Positions 13,180-26,200 of a stretch of 53,527 nucleotides of DNA are shown piece after piece. The stretch's first letter is position 1; every line of letters starts with the position of its first letter. The stretch comes from Gnetum montanum. Lineage: Eukaryota; Plantae; Gnetophyta. The notes under the pieces were generated by a model. That model was given only the letters and a program-made list of their open reading frames with translations, had not been told where the DNA came from and did no database searches. The stretch is from the NCBI GenBank assembly GCA_015680685.1, contig MNCI01000497.1, positions 258,723 through 312,249 on the forward strand. Direction: 5' to 3'. The position numbers and the translations under genes are program-made.

Positions 13180-14838
13180 CTGATAAAAAGAGAAGATTAA
13201 TGGAGTTTGAGATGAGGTCCCCTATCATGAAGTACCTTATCATCCTTAGGTTCTCTTTCATTAGATCATGTATGTGATGTCTCTATTTGTTCATGTTCTT
13301 TGTGATAGAACTTTTGACCACTTTTTGCATTATTTTTAGGACTCCACTTCCCTTCATTCTTACTTATTGGTACCTACATAATTTCCTTACCAAAAGCCTT
13401 TTTGAAAAGACCAAGCATTAATCTTATTTTGATCATCATAGGTAAGAGCTTGCTTACCACCACACTTTTTACACATATGATTAAAATTATCAAACCTTAC
13501 TATGCTTGAGCTTGAACTTGAGCTTGCATTTTCATGTGTTGCTTCCTCTAAATGCTTTGGCTAATTTTTGGAAGTCTCTTCTTCTTGAATCTTGCTACAA
13601 TTTTTATCCAAAGAGGTTAGTTGTTGAATCTTAGGTTTTATATCTAAGATTTCTTCATTCACTTCAGCATGAATAGCATTTAACTTAGAAAGTACTAGTT
13701 TCTTTGCCTTCCTAATCAAATGATGTAAAAGAAAAATTTCTTCTTTAAATTCACTATACCTCTTGTCCATCTTGTTCAGCCACAAGTGGGAATTTTCATT
13801 GATAAGCAGCATGCATATGAGATGTGAATATTTGGAAGAATTGCATGATTCTTCTTCACTTTTCTGACCATCATCCCAACTTGTATAAAAGTTGGTATTT
13901 TTTGGTTCCTCATCATTGGATCTATTCCTTGGCTGTACCTTGTTATCACTAAGATTGCTAGGACATTCAAAGGCCATACGGCTTCTTCCTCCACAAACCT
14001 AACATTCTATAGAAGAAAAGTCTATGTTAGAGTAATTTAAAAAATTTCTACTTCTATCTCTTCCTTTGAAGAAATTAGGCCTTTGCTATTGTTGAGATGT
14101 CCCTTTGTTTTTTCTTGTAAGTAATCATTGTAGTTTCCTTGAGAGAAGAGCAATCTCATCTTTGTTGCCCTCATCATGCTAATTGACCTCCTTCTCCTTG
14201 GAGGATATCTTCAAGGTAATGGGTTTTTCTTGAATAGCTCCTTTGCCTATGAGATTCATTTCATAGGTAATGAGAGCACTTTGAAGTTCCTCAAATTTTA
14301 GAGTTAATAAATCTTTCATTTCTACCATGGTTGTGACCTTTGGTCTAAACTTTGGTTGTAGATTTTTGATCATTTTGATAATTACATTGCTTTTGGGCAA
14401 ATCATTTCCTATTCCTTTAATTGCTACAGTAAGATCGTTAACTCTAGAAAAATAATCTTTGATTTTCTCACCTTCTCTCATTTTGAGTTTATTGTATTCA
14501 CTTTGTAAAACTAACAATTTTGATTGCTTAACACTAGAGGTTCCTTCATAAGTAGCTTCTAAAGTTTCCCAAATTTCTTTGGCAATTTTACATTCTGCTA
14601 CCCTATTGAATTTAGATTTATTCAATGCACAATATAAATAATTTTTTGCTTTTGAATCAAACATGAACTTATCCTTTTCCTCTCTAGACCATTTGTTGTA
14701 AGGCTTGATGACGCCAGTCGTGCCATCGATAGGTAGAGCATAGCCTTCTAGAATTAACTCCCATTGCATTCTAGCTTTTCAATAGGTGAAGTCAAATCTA
14801 TTGAACATGGGTGGCTTTGTGTAAGATGTCCCCTCCAT
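13180..14838 (-). pseudogene. Copia/SIRE-type gag remnant, element 1
   Basis: MEGTSYTKPPMF..WELILEGY..AKEIWETLEATYEGTSSVKQSKL (UBN2-like), knuckle C*VCGGRSRMAFEC, coiled-coil tail. Confidence 0.88.
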
Positions 14839-14893
14839 TGTTCACTCTTGAAGTTGATGATGACAAAGAAGAGTACCAAGCTCTAATACCACT

Positions 14894-16144
14894 TGTGTAT
14901 TGTTGAACTTAGAAAGGGGGGAATGAATAAGTTCTCCAAATTAAAACTTAAAGATACAAAGCACACATACCAAATTTAATGTGTTCCCCAACTTGGGTAG
15001 TCCAGACTTGGATGGTAGATTGTAAGCACACCTTTGGACTTTGTTGCTCTCAAAATGTGGTTGAAGGGTCCACACCCTGTACAATCTTCAAATCCCACTC
15101 TAGAGTGTTGTACTACAACACCAATCACTCAACCTCATAAGGTTCCATCAGGCTTGGAAATGTGGTTTCAAGGCTTCCACAATCTTTACAATCTTGAGCT
15201 TTACACTAAAATGTTGTACCATAGCACCGACAACTCAATCTCGTAGGATCCCGACAAACTCAAGCATATCAACCCCACAGGGTAATAAGAACAAGAATTA
15301 TAAGGTATAATTGCAACTTAGTTTGCTAATCCTTGTACAATTAGGTACAACACACTTTACAATGCTAAAACGATAAGAAAATGAGGAGCAATAGAGAATT
15401 TAATGATTACAAATGATTATACAATGAATACAACAGGAATTGCACTTTTTATAATGCACATCAAGTCTTCTTATTGCTATCATGTTTGTAAATCCATCTT
15501 GGGACTCATGCAACAGCTAGCCAATAGTCAGTAATGGTCATGGAAGATGTTTTTCTCATGTTTAAGATGTTTCTTTGAAATTGCCTTCTATTCTAGGAAG
15601 ATGTCTTTGTTTAGTGAAAGACATCTTTTTGAAGTCTCAATTTTGGAAGATGTCTTTGTCTTATGAAAGATGTATTTCTAAACTTAGTCTACATTCTATG
15701 AAGATGTCTTTCTGTGATGAAGATTTCTTTGCCTAAAGAAAAACATTTTTATTTCTTAGAGACATCTTTTTCTGTAAAACCTTCAATTCTATTAAGTCTT
15801 TTTTTGTTTCTTGAAGATGTCTTTGTTCACTTTTCCTTGCATGATGAATGCATTATTCCTTGTCCATAACCTTAATCTTTGGCATGCTATATTGATGATA
15901 ACTTTGCTTGTATAGCATTTGATCCTTGTCTAGGTTCTTTGAATGTTCATTTGAAGACCATGTGGGTGACATCCTCCTTTGAGCTCTAAATAGTTCATTC
16001 CTTATCCTCTTTAGCTCATCTTGGTTTCCAATGTACGTAGTACTATAAAAACATCCTACAATAACCATACAACCATTTACACAACCTTTGACTCCATTTT
16101 ACTTAACATTTTGACACAAAAAAAAACACACTAAAGGGTCCATA
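14894..16144 (-). repeat. 5' LTR of element 1
   Basis: Adjacent to the PBS, paired with 10187-11465. Confidence 0.9.
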
Positions 16145-16499
16145 GAGGGCACCTAGTGGTTGACATTAGATGATAGCTCGAACTCGACAATATGCATGGA
16201 ATTGACAAAAGTCATTACAAGTGCTTACATTCATAAAATGGATTAAATGGAGTAGTTCAGACACTGACTCTCAAATTTAGAACTTAAAAAGGAAGCAAAA
16301 ATATTTTGGAGAGTGTTGGAAATTCTTGAAGTTTCTAAATTGGAATCCCCGGAACTAAAAACATTATCAGAATCTCTTGAGTATGTATTTCTAAAAAATG
16401 AAAATTTGGTAAGCATAAATGTCAAATTCATGAGGTAAAAAAAGTAAGAGTTATTGAAAGTAGTAAACAAGTGGCCAACAACCTTTTCTTGTTCATAAG

Positions 16500-17060
16500 A
16501 TGAAATCACAAGTATCGATCCACTCATATGCCAACGTAGAATCTATATGGACTATGTTATTAAGAGTAAGTAACATTCGTAGAGAAGATTAAATTCTAAA
16601 TTGAAGTAGGTAGTAAAGAAGAAGGTGAAGAAACTCTTAAAGGCTAGATTCATCTATTCTATCATAGATAGTGAGTTGATTAGTCCATTCATTAATCTAT
16701 TTAAGAAAGATTGATAATGGAAAATTTGCATTGACTTTAGACTATTGAACATGACAATATTCAAGGATCATTTTCTATTATCATTTGTAGACTAAGTATT
16801 AGATACCACTGTAGGCCATAAATATTATAGTTTTCTAGATAATTATAGTGGCTATAATCAATAGCTCTAGAATACTAGGTCAAGACAACATTCATGCATC
16901 CTTAGGAGGCTTCTATAAGAAGATGTCCTTTGGTTTATGCAATACACCTGTAAATTTCCAATACCTTTTCCGTAGCATCTTACAACAACATGTTGGAAGT
17001 GGTGTGGAGGTCTTTATGGATGACTTATCCACCTATGAGTCAAGTTTTAAATAAGCCCTC
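16500..17060 (+). pseudogene. RT N-terminal half of the Athila-like host
   Basis: IDPLICQRRIYMD, KDHFLLSFVD, SFLDNYSGYNQ, MSFGLCNTP, VEVFMDD. Confidence 0.85.
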
Positions 17061-18216
17061 TGAAGATTGTTGAACTTAGAGGGGAGAGGGGGGGTGGGGG
17101 TGGGAGGGGGGTGGCAGTTGGGGGGAGCGGGTGTGGGAGGTGGGCGGATGAATAAGTTTCCCAAATTAAATAATTATTGAGACAAATCACACACACAAAA
17201 TTTAACATGGTTCCCCAACTTGGGTAGCCCACAATCAAAGGGTAGTTCACTAGCATATTTTCAGACTTTGTTACTCTCAAATGTGGTTTGAATGGTACCA
17301 TACCTAGTACAAGCTCTAAGCTTTGATGCCATGAATCCGCTCAACCATGCAGGGTCCCAATAAGCTTAGAAATGTAATTTCTAGCATCCCACAAACTTTG
17401 AAACTTGATCTCTACTTTGGAGTGTTGTGGTGCTATACCAACACTCAATCTCGCAGGATTTCGATAAGCTCAAGCAAGATGCCTTCTCTCAAGAAGCACA
17501 TTAACCCCATAGAGCAACAAAAGAGAACAATAATTACAACGGATGAATGCAACTAAGTTTGCTAATCCTTGCACAACTCATTTTGACCAGTTACAATAAA
17601 AAAAAGATAGTACAATGAGGAACAATAATAAGAAAATGACTTTTAGAATAATTTCTTAATAATTAAACTTGAAAGTACACAATGCTTACACATTTCCCAA
17701 TCGTATGAAGTCTTCTTATAGGCAATATGTTTCTGAAATCACCTTAGAATTTGTGCAATGGCAATTTAATGGTTAATGGAGACAACTTCTTTAAGGTTGA
17801 GATGTCTTTCTACATCAGACCTTCATTTAAGAGAGATGTCTTTTCTATAGGAAAGACATCTTTGCAAAGATGTCTTAAGGAAGCCATCTTTCTCACCAAA
17901 AAGACATTTGCTATTTTTCAAAGATGTCTTTGTTTGAGCAATCTTCAAGTCGACCAAGAGATATACTATTTTCTAAAGACATTTTTCTGACTTTCCTTCT
18001 CTTTAGCCAAGATGTCTGCTATTTTTTAAAGATATCTTTCTCTAGTTTCATTTGCACTTAAAAATATTTGTTCCTTGTCCTTACTCTTGTTAAGTCCTTT
18101 GCTCTTGCTTGTAATTTGAAGTCCTTGCCCACAATCTTGTCCTATAAATAAAAAATCACATAAACACCCTTTGTTCTCCATTTTTCTTAAGGTTTTCAGA
18201 TACCAAAAGGTTAGCA
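17061..18216 (-). repeat. 3' LTR of element 2
   Basis: Direct repeat of 22545-24152, PPT adjacent. Confidence 0.9.
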
Positions 18217-18609
18217 ACCTCCCCCTTTTTGGTGATGTCCACAAATTAAGAAAATGAGTGAGATAAACTAATAAAGAGACATATTAAGACATATAAATTC
18301 CTATGGAAACCAGGGACTAGGATAAAGCATTAAGGTTTAAAGTAATTTGGTATGTAGGAGATAATGCAACAATGCAAAAGTAAAAGTCAAAAGCATGCTA
18401 CACAGAGATAACAAAGGAAATATCATTAGTATATAATTCATCTATAACTATTCATACAACAAACTATTTACAACTATCCAAAGCAACCAACTATCTATAC
18501 TAATCACATCAACCACATATGTGCATAGTCCAAAACCACATATGTAAAATTAATCAAAAAATTCTTCCTATTTTTGGACATTAATAGAAAGGAGAGAGAA
18601 AAATGATCA

Positions 18610-20200
18610 ACTTGGATTCGTAATCACTAACCTTAGTCACATCCTTAGATTTAGATCCCTCCATTACTCGAGATGGATGATAAGTCTTTTCCTTATCGTC
18701 ATCACTATTGGTGTTGTGACAGCTTCATCATTGCTCATCCTCATTAGAGGACTCAACCTATTGGACGTGAGCTAGTTGGGGATGAAGCTTGACTTGAAAT
18801 CTAGATGAAATTGGAGGATCTGGCTGAATTGGTAGCTGTGAAGCTGATACCCATTAGGACATGGTCCCAAAGATGCTCTTCATAGCCTGCTACTCAAATG
18901 ATTAGGAAGCATTAGTTGATGAAGGAACTGAGTGCACAGGAGGTACAGTCTCATGATACTTTGGTTGTTGCATGGAAACCTGATGCTACACTTAGACATG
19001 AGTTGGTGGTGCCTTAGGCTTTAAATTAGACTCCATCCCTAAGTCATGACCATGTGAAGGGTCAATTTCTGTAGAATGTGTTTGTGGGGTAGGAACGTCC
19101 TACTCACTATCAAAAATAGAAGGAGTAGTAACCTCCTCACACTCTTGCCCATTTAAAGGAGGAGGAATACTAGCTGCATCCAAACTATTATGTAAGTTAA
19201 AGAGGTTTCTTCCAAGCTTCTCAATGGCTCATGAAAAGGGTCTAAGAAGCTTCTTTAGAGAAGAACTGATTTGGGCACTAGTGGATTTTGATTTTCTTAG
19301 CTAGGGAGAGCTTCTTGATGATGATGCCTTCTCCTTCTTCTACTATAATCTACTACTCAATCTTGCTTCAACTATGTGAGAAAGAATTTTCTTCTCAACA
19401 TATTCATTGAGGCTCCTTTTGCCTTTGAGAAAAGGCATATTTGGAATAGGCATACCCTTCTAATGTATCAATAAGTTGATGAGGTATGGATGCCCAAGGA
19501 TTGTTTCCCGACATAGTGTATGCCCTAGATCTAATGGAAGTCTTGTGAGAAGACAATAAAGCCCAAAAGCTTGGGGTGGCAATAGATAACTGTAACTTTG
19601 CCCTTTGATCATAATGTTGTATAAAATAATGAGAGACAAGGTAGAAGCATCAGAAGTCATCATGCTTCTCTCAACATGACCTTTATCAAAGGAAACATAT
19701 TTCCCAAATAACATGTCACAAAATTCATCATATCCTACAAGCATTATACTAATTGTATAAATGTCATGCACAATATCAATGGTTACTTGGAAGACATATG
19801 CATTGGAGATTTCAAGGATTTCATTCAAAACTTGGGGATAGACCTTGATGAGAAGACCCCCAACCATGGAAGTGAATGCCCCAAAAATAGCATTTGTAAC
19901 AACAATATTGCAATAGAATTCTCTAATCAATACTTTAGGAACTAGAAAATTCATTGCAATGAAAGAGGCCTAGTTCAAATCTCTAAAATAATCCATCAAA
20001 GTAGTTTGTCTATGGGTAGGAAAAGATAGAGAGCACTCAAAAATAATTTTTGTAGTTCATGTGGCCTCAAACCTATGTTGTGCACTTGCACTATGAAATT
20101 AGGGTGTATAAGAGGATAGTCTGTTGCTAGAACTTCCTCTTGATTTCTTCATTGGTGGCACCTTGGATGTTCCAACTTTGTTGTAAGCCATTTCTAATAG
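18610..20200 (-). pseudogene. Env-like / Transposase_32-type ('putative plant transposon protein') ORF2, element 2
   Basis: KVLIREFYCNI..VGGLLIKV..LNEIL..SLIILYNIM..LYCLLT..PLDLGH..GHPYLINLL, then a Pro/Ser-rich and acidic tail. Homologous to 37640-39300. Confidence 0.75.
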
Positions 20201-20599
20201 AATCATTGTTGATGGTGGAGCCTAAGTAATATTTGTGGGGTTGATTTTGGAGAATAAGACAAAATAATGAGGGTTTTGACTTTAATAGAAGCGACGAATG
20301 AGGGCTTTGAACGAAAAAAAGATGTCTTTCATACATAGTAGATGTCTTTTTCATGTTTTAAAAACATAAGTAGATGTGTTTCATACACAGTAGACATCTT
20401 TCCCACATTACAAGAGAAATTAGATAGATGTCTTTTTTGATGAATAGACATCTTTCATTTGGAATAGACATCTTTTGGAAGATGTCTTTAGGTAGACGTC
20501 TTTTTGAGAGAGGTTCAACATGGATTTTGGGAAAAATTACCAAGGACTAGAGTCTTAATAGATGCTTATAAAAACAAAAAAGTTACCTCTACTTACCTA

Positions 20600-22492
20600 T
20601 TATTTTTTTGAAAATCAAAGGTACTTAGAGAGCTAAAGAAGGAGTTTCCTCTTTTGAGGATTCTCTTCTCAACTGAACTTCCTCAATGTCCAAGGCTTGG
20701 CTTCCTTTCATGAATTTGAGAGTTTCCTAGTTCCCTTATTCCTATCTTTTAATTTTCCATTCTTTCTTGATTCCTTTGTTCTTTTGAGCTGATGTTCAAT
20801 CTCTCCTATCATCTTGTAAAGAATCCTTTCTTGGTGCATTTTGATAAGACTAAGGAGTCTTATGATATGACCAACTATTTACACAGTAATGCTTAAGATT
20901 GCAATCCCACTGTTTATGCCCTAATTTATGACAATAATTGCACCTAAATCTCCTATGATGGTATGAATGATTCAGATGATCAAACCTTTTAGGACCATTT
21001 TGATGGATAGGAGCTTCCTTTGATCTTGATGTAGTAGGAGTATCCTTGAGAAGATCATTTAATTGTAATGGGCTTGTTGATGATGATTACTCTTGTGTAC
21101 AGCATCCTAGTCCACTCTTATTGTGTGAACTTCTTCATTGTCCTAGAACCATCCGAAGGGATTCCTTTCCCCTTACTAGCCTTTCATTTACTAATTTGAC
21201 ATTTGTAATTTTTACTTTGGCCTATTCATAAGATAAAGTTAGTTTTTCTTTCTCATCCCTTAGGTTTGAGAGTTCCTTAGTAAGGTCTAAAATAGTTAAA
21301 TTCAATAAGGAGATTTCTTGATCCTTAGTTTTGACTTATTTATTTAACTTATTGGAAATATTTTAAAAAGACAAAAGCTCATTGCATAATAAATTAAACC
21401 TCTCTTCATCATTAAGATCATCATTTGATGAATCAATGTCATCATCAGTGAGGACCATGCAAATGAGATGAGAATTTTTCTCATTATCCTCCACTTCTTC
21501 CTCAGTTTACTCTCACTCATTCCAACTTATATAGAAGTTGGTCTTGTTTACCTTGTCATTGGATTTGTTCTTGTGTTCCATCCTGCTAGTGCTAGGACAT
21601 TCGGAGACCATATGGTGTCTTTTGCCACAAATCCAACATTCTATAAAAGAGAAATCAAGGTTAGAATTTAAAATATTTTTAGCTCTTTCTTTACCTTTGA
21701 ATAGATTGGATATTTGTTGATTTGGCCCCTTGCTTCTGCTTGCTATCAGTCATTGTAGCTTCCTTGAGAGAAAGGCAATCTCTTCTTCATTGCCCTCATC
21801 ATGCTTATTGAGATCTTTCTCCTTGGAGGAACTCTTTATAGTAATGGATTTTTCTTGGATAGCTCCTTTGCTTCTGAGGTTCATTTTATAAGCAATGAGA
21901 GCAGTTTGAAGCTCTTCAAATTTTAGAGTTGAAAAATCTCTAATTTTCTCCATGGCTATGACCTTTGGTCTAAACTCTAGCTGAAGTGTTCTAATCATTT
22001 TAATGATGATATCACTCTCCAAAAAATCTTACCGATACCTCTAATGGCTACAACAATATCATTTGCTCTAGAGAAGTAATCTTTTATTTTTTCACCTTTT
22101 GTCATTTTAAGCTTATCATATTTACTTTGCAAAGCTAACAATTTAGATTATTTCACAATAAAGGTTCCTTCATAAGTAGCTTCTAATGTATGCCAAATTT
22201 CTTTGGCCATTTTACAACTCACTACTCTATTAAACTCATATTTATTTAAAGTGAAATATAAACAAATTTTGGTTTTTGTGTTAAAATTAAACTTATCTTT
22301 CTTTTCTTATGTCTATTTTTTGTGGGGCTTGATGGTTTTGGTGGAGCTATTGACAGGTGGAGTGTAGCCTTTAAGGATGGACTCCCAAACTTTGAACTCC
22401 ATAGATTCAAAGAATCCTTGCATTATAGCTTTCCAATAGCCAAAGTTGAATCCATCAAACATGAGTGGCTTTGTGTAAGATGTTCCCTCCAT
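20600..22492 (-). pseudogene. Copia/SIRE-type gag remnant with two zinc knuckles, element 2
   Basis: MEGTSYTKPLMFDG, FRPKVIAMEKIRDFSTLKFEEL, CWICGKRHHMVSEC, second knuckle CNYCHKLGHKQWDC (~20900-20945). Confidence 0.85.
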
Positions 22493-22544
22493 TTTTTACT
22501 CTTGAAATTAATGACGAAGAAGAGTACTAAGCTCTAATACCACT

Positions 22545-24152
22545 TGAGGATTGTTGAACTTAGAAAGGGGAAAAGCATGTTGGGGGGGGNNNNNNNNNNN
22601 NNNNNNNNNNNNNNNNNNNNNNNNNNNNNNNNNNNNNNNNNNNNNNNNNNNNNNNNNNNNNNNNNNNNNNNNNNNNNNNNNNNNNNNNNNNNNNNNNNNN
22701 NNNNNNNNNNNNNNNNNNNNNNNNNNNNNNNNNNNNNNNNNNNNNNNNNNNNNNNNNNNNNNNNNNNNNNNNNNNNNNNNNNNNNNNNNNNNNNNNNNNN
22801 NNNNNNNNNNNNNNNNNNNNNNNNNNNNNNNNNNNNNNNNNNNNNNNNNNNNNNNNNNNNNNNNNNNNNNNNNNNNNNNNNNNNNNNNNNNNNNNNNNNN
22901 NNNNNNNNNNNNNNNNNNNNNNNNNNNNNNNNNNNNNNNNNNNNNNNNNNNNNNNNNNNNNNNNNNNNNNNNNNNNNNNNNNNNNNNNNNNNNNNNNNNN
23001 NNNNNNNNNNNNNNNNNNNNNNNNNNNNNNNNNNNNNNNGGGGGGGGGGGGGGGGGGGGGGTGGAATGAATAAGTTTCCAAAATTAAGAAATTATTGAGA
23101 CAGAGCACACACACCAAATGTGACATGGTTTCCCAGTTTGGGTAGTTCACACTCATAGGGTAGTTTGGTAGCACACCTCTAAACTCTGTTACTCTCAAAT
23201 GTGGTTTAAAGGGCACCACACCTTGTACAAGCTCTAAGCTATGCTTCTAAGTGATTTGATGCCTTGAATTTACTCAACCCACAGGGTCTTGACAAGTTTA
23301 GAAATATGATTTCCAGGATCTTACAACATTTACAACTTGAGCTCCTCTTCCTAGTGTTGTTGCACTGCACCAATACTTAATCTCATAGGGTCCCAACAAG
23401 CTCAAGCAAGATGGCTTCTTGCAAGAAGAACATCAACCCTTTAGGGTTACAAAAGAGAACAAAAATTATAAGGGATGAATGCAACTAAGTTTGTTAATCC
23501 TTGTACTTTGAGGCACAACTCACTTTGAGTAGTTACAATAGACAAAAGATAGTACAATAAGGAACAATAACAAGAGAATGATGATTACAATGATTACTTG
23601 ATAATTACACTTGAAAGTACATAATGCTTGCACATTTCTCAATGGAATGAAATCTTGTTATAGCCAATATGTTTTTGAAATCACCACAAAATTTGTGCAA
23701 GGCTATCTAATAGTCACTGGAGACATCTTCTTTGAGGCTAAGATATCTTTTTGGATCAGATCTTCATTCGAGAGAGACATTTTTTCTTCAGGAAAGACGT
23801 CCTTACAGAGACATCTTCAGGAAGATATTTTCTCACTTGAAAGATGTTTGCTATTTTTTGAAGATGTCTTTGTCTAAGAAATCTTCAATTTGGCCAGGAC
23901 ATTTGTTATTTTTGAAGACATCTTATTGACTTTCCTTCTCTTCAGCCAAGATGTCTGCTATTCTTTGGAGACGTCTTTCTTCAATTTTCTTTGCACTTAA
24001 AATATTCATTCCTTGTCCTTGGTTTTGTTGAGTCCTTTACTTTTGCTCCTAATTTGAAGTTTGTCCATAATCTTGTCTTATAAACACCACAACACACAAA
24101 CACCCTTTGTTCTCTATTTTCCTTAAGGTTTTGATGTACCAAAAGGTCAACA
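22545..24152 (-). repeat. 5' LTR of element 2 (contains the assembly gap)
   Basis: PBS-adjacent, begins TGTTGACC on minus. Confidence 0.88.
22590..23039. other. Assembly gap (450 N) inside the poly-G tract of an LTR
   Basis: Ns flanked by G runs on both sides. The sister LTR has only ~65 bp of G-rich sequence at this position. Confidence 0.95.
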
Positions 24153-26200
24153 TCCTAGACTATTTGGAGTTGGTGTTGAAATGATGTGTAAAGATCAATC
24201 TCAAGCTCAATTGGTAGAAAAGCCATTTGATGGTCCAAAAATGCATTATCTTGGGATAAAAAATTTTAGAAAAGAAAATTGAGGTGGATCCATAAAATAA
24301 AAGAGTGATCTAAGTAATAACATAACAACTACAAATAGTGAAAGATGTCTAATCATTCTTGGGACTTATAGGCTGCAATAGAAGATTCACTAAGTATTTC
24401 TCCAAGATTATCAAACCATTAGTGAATTTGACAAAGAAGGATGCATCACTCAAATGGACCAAGGAATGGGAACATGCACTTCAACTTTTGAAATAAAAGC
24501 TTATAGAAATTCTAATTCTATGAGCTTTTAATTAGTCCAAGACATTTCACATCATGAAAAATGCTTACACAATTAGATAATGATAAATGTCTCTAATATG
24601 TTCATTGTATAAGACAAAGTATTGTAGGTACACAACTGAACTATACCACAATAGAGGAAGAACTAATGGTAGTGGTGTATGCCTTACAAAAATTCAAGTA
24701 CTCTATGCTTAGATATCTAGTCTTTGTGCATATAGATTACAACGTAATATATTTATTAATAAACAAGTTGGTAGTTTTCCCTCATATCATATGGTGGATG
24801 GTAATTCTATAGGAATTTAAGCTGATGATGATTAGTAGAAAGAAAACTATGAATATTGTTGTAGATCATTTGTCTTGGTTAAGGTGGAATAACAAGGTTG
24901 ATGAAGAGTCTTTATTTGACCAATTTCTTAATAAAATCCTCTTTGCAAAGATAACAATGGCCATAATAGAAGTAGATAAATCATGATACATACCTTTCCT
25001 CTTATACTTACCCACATAAAAGGTTTTTATTAAATGGGACAGGAAGGAAAAAGAAAATTTTCTTTACGAAGTTAAAAACTACATGGAGATAGAGGGAAAC
25101 CTTTATAAGATCTACACAAATGGCTTAGTGCGATGGTGCATGATTGATAAAAATCAAACTAGAATTCTTGAAGATGTACAGGAGGGACCTTGTATAGGTT
25201 CCTATGCAAGTAAGAGAATGACCATTAAAATACTCATGGAAGGATACCCTTGGTCCATAATCTTCAACGATGCATATTAATTTATTAACTCTTATGAGTG
25301 ATGTCTAAGAGATGAAGGAATAACCATAAGGGTGGAGGATCTTCAGTTAAACCATTGGAACCTTTTAATATGTGGAAAATAAATATCATGGGTTCCATCA
25401 TGGCCATGTCTAATGAGAAATCCTAGATCATCATGATAGTGGACTATTGCATGAAATGGATAGAGGCTACAATAGTAATAGAAAATACATTCATAATCAT
25501 ATCTAGGTTTTTTCAACAAAGTATATTATTTAGGTTTGGTATTCAATTTCTGGTAATTAAATTTATTTTACAAAATCTACTTTTAGAAAATTAATGAGAT
25601 GCTTAGGGGTAGAACATAAACCAATAAAATCATATGACCCCCAAGCGAATGGTTAAATAGAAGTAACAAATAGGGAAATCCCCTAAATCTTGACAAGGAC
25701 TATTAGTAGGTATAAGTAAGACTAGAGCACAAAACATAACAATGCCTCATGAACCTACTACTCCTCTTGGAAACTCCCCATAGGCTACTATTCCTATGAT
25801 TTATCATATGATAAGTTGCCAAAACTCTCAATACAAGCAAAATTACATTCACTTAACATAGCTTGTGAACTTGACCTCAATGTCAATCTAGTACAAAAAG
25901 AATATTTCATTAACCTCAACCTTCTAGATGAAAATAGACAAGCAACCCTTATGATGAATGAAGTGAATAAGGCATACACCAAACAATTCCATGATTGTAG
26001 AATATGCAAAGTGAACTTTCAACTATGAGATAAGGTCCTTTACTAAAACCCCACACATGTACCTCAATGAATAAAGTTTTAAATACTATGGAAAGGACCC
26101 TACATTATTCATTCCACTTTCTATTTAAGTGCCATGAAGATTTATCACCCTAATTACCTAGATAAGTTAATCTTGAAAAAAACACAATAAGTAAAATATT
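24153..26200 (+). pseudogene. RT C-terminus, RNase H and integrase of the Athila-like host
   Basis: LELVLK*C..KLNW*KSHLMV, NYTTIEEEL, VVDHLS, GSYASKRMTIKILMEGYPWSIIFNDA, VDYCMKWIEA, YDPQANG*IEVTNREI, WKGPY. Confidence 0.88.

Larger units (their letters stand above)
10187..16144 (-). mobile_element. SIRE-like non-autonomous LTR element 1 (gag only, no pol)
   Basis: LTRs 10187-11465 and 14894-16144, exact 5-bp TSD GAGGG (10182-10186 / 16145-16149), PBS TGGTATTAGAGC (14880-14891), PPT CCAAAAATGAGGAGAT (~11466-11482), copia-type gag. Confidence 0.92.
17061..24152 (-). mobile_element. SIRE-like non-autonomous LTR element 2 (gag plus env-like ORF, no pol)
   Basis: LTRs 17061-18216 and 22545-24152, PBS 22531-22542, PPT CCAAAAAGGGGGAGGT (~18217-18232), degenerate TSD CCCTC/TCCTA, host RT resumes at 24153. 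Confidence 0.9.

Noticed and set aside
17047-17301. Poly-proline ORF
   Set aside because: Translation of the C-rich U5 tract of an LTR
22544-23219. Long poly-X/poly-Gly/poly-Pro ORFs
   Set aside because: Produced by the N gap and G runs inside an LTR
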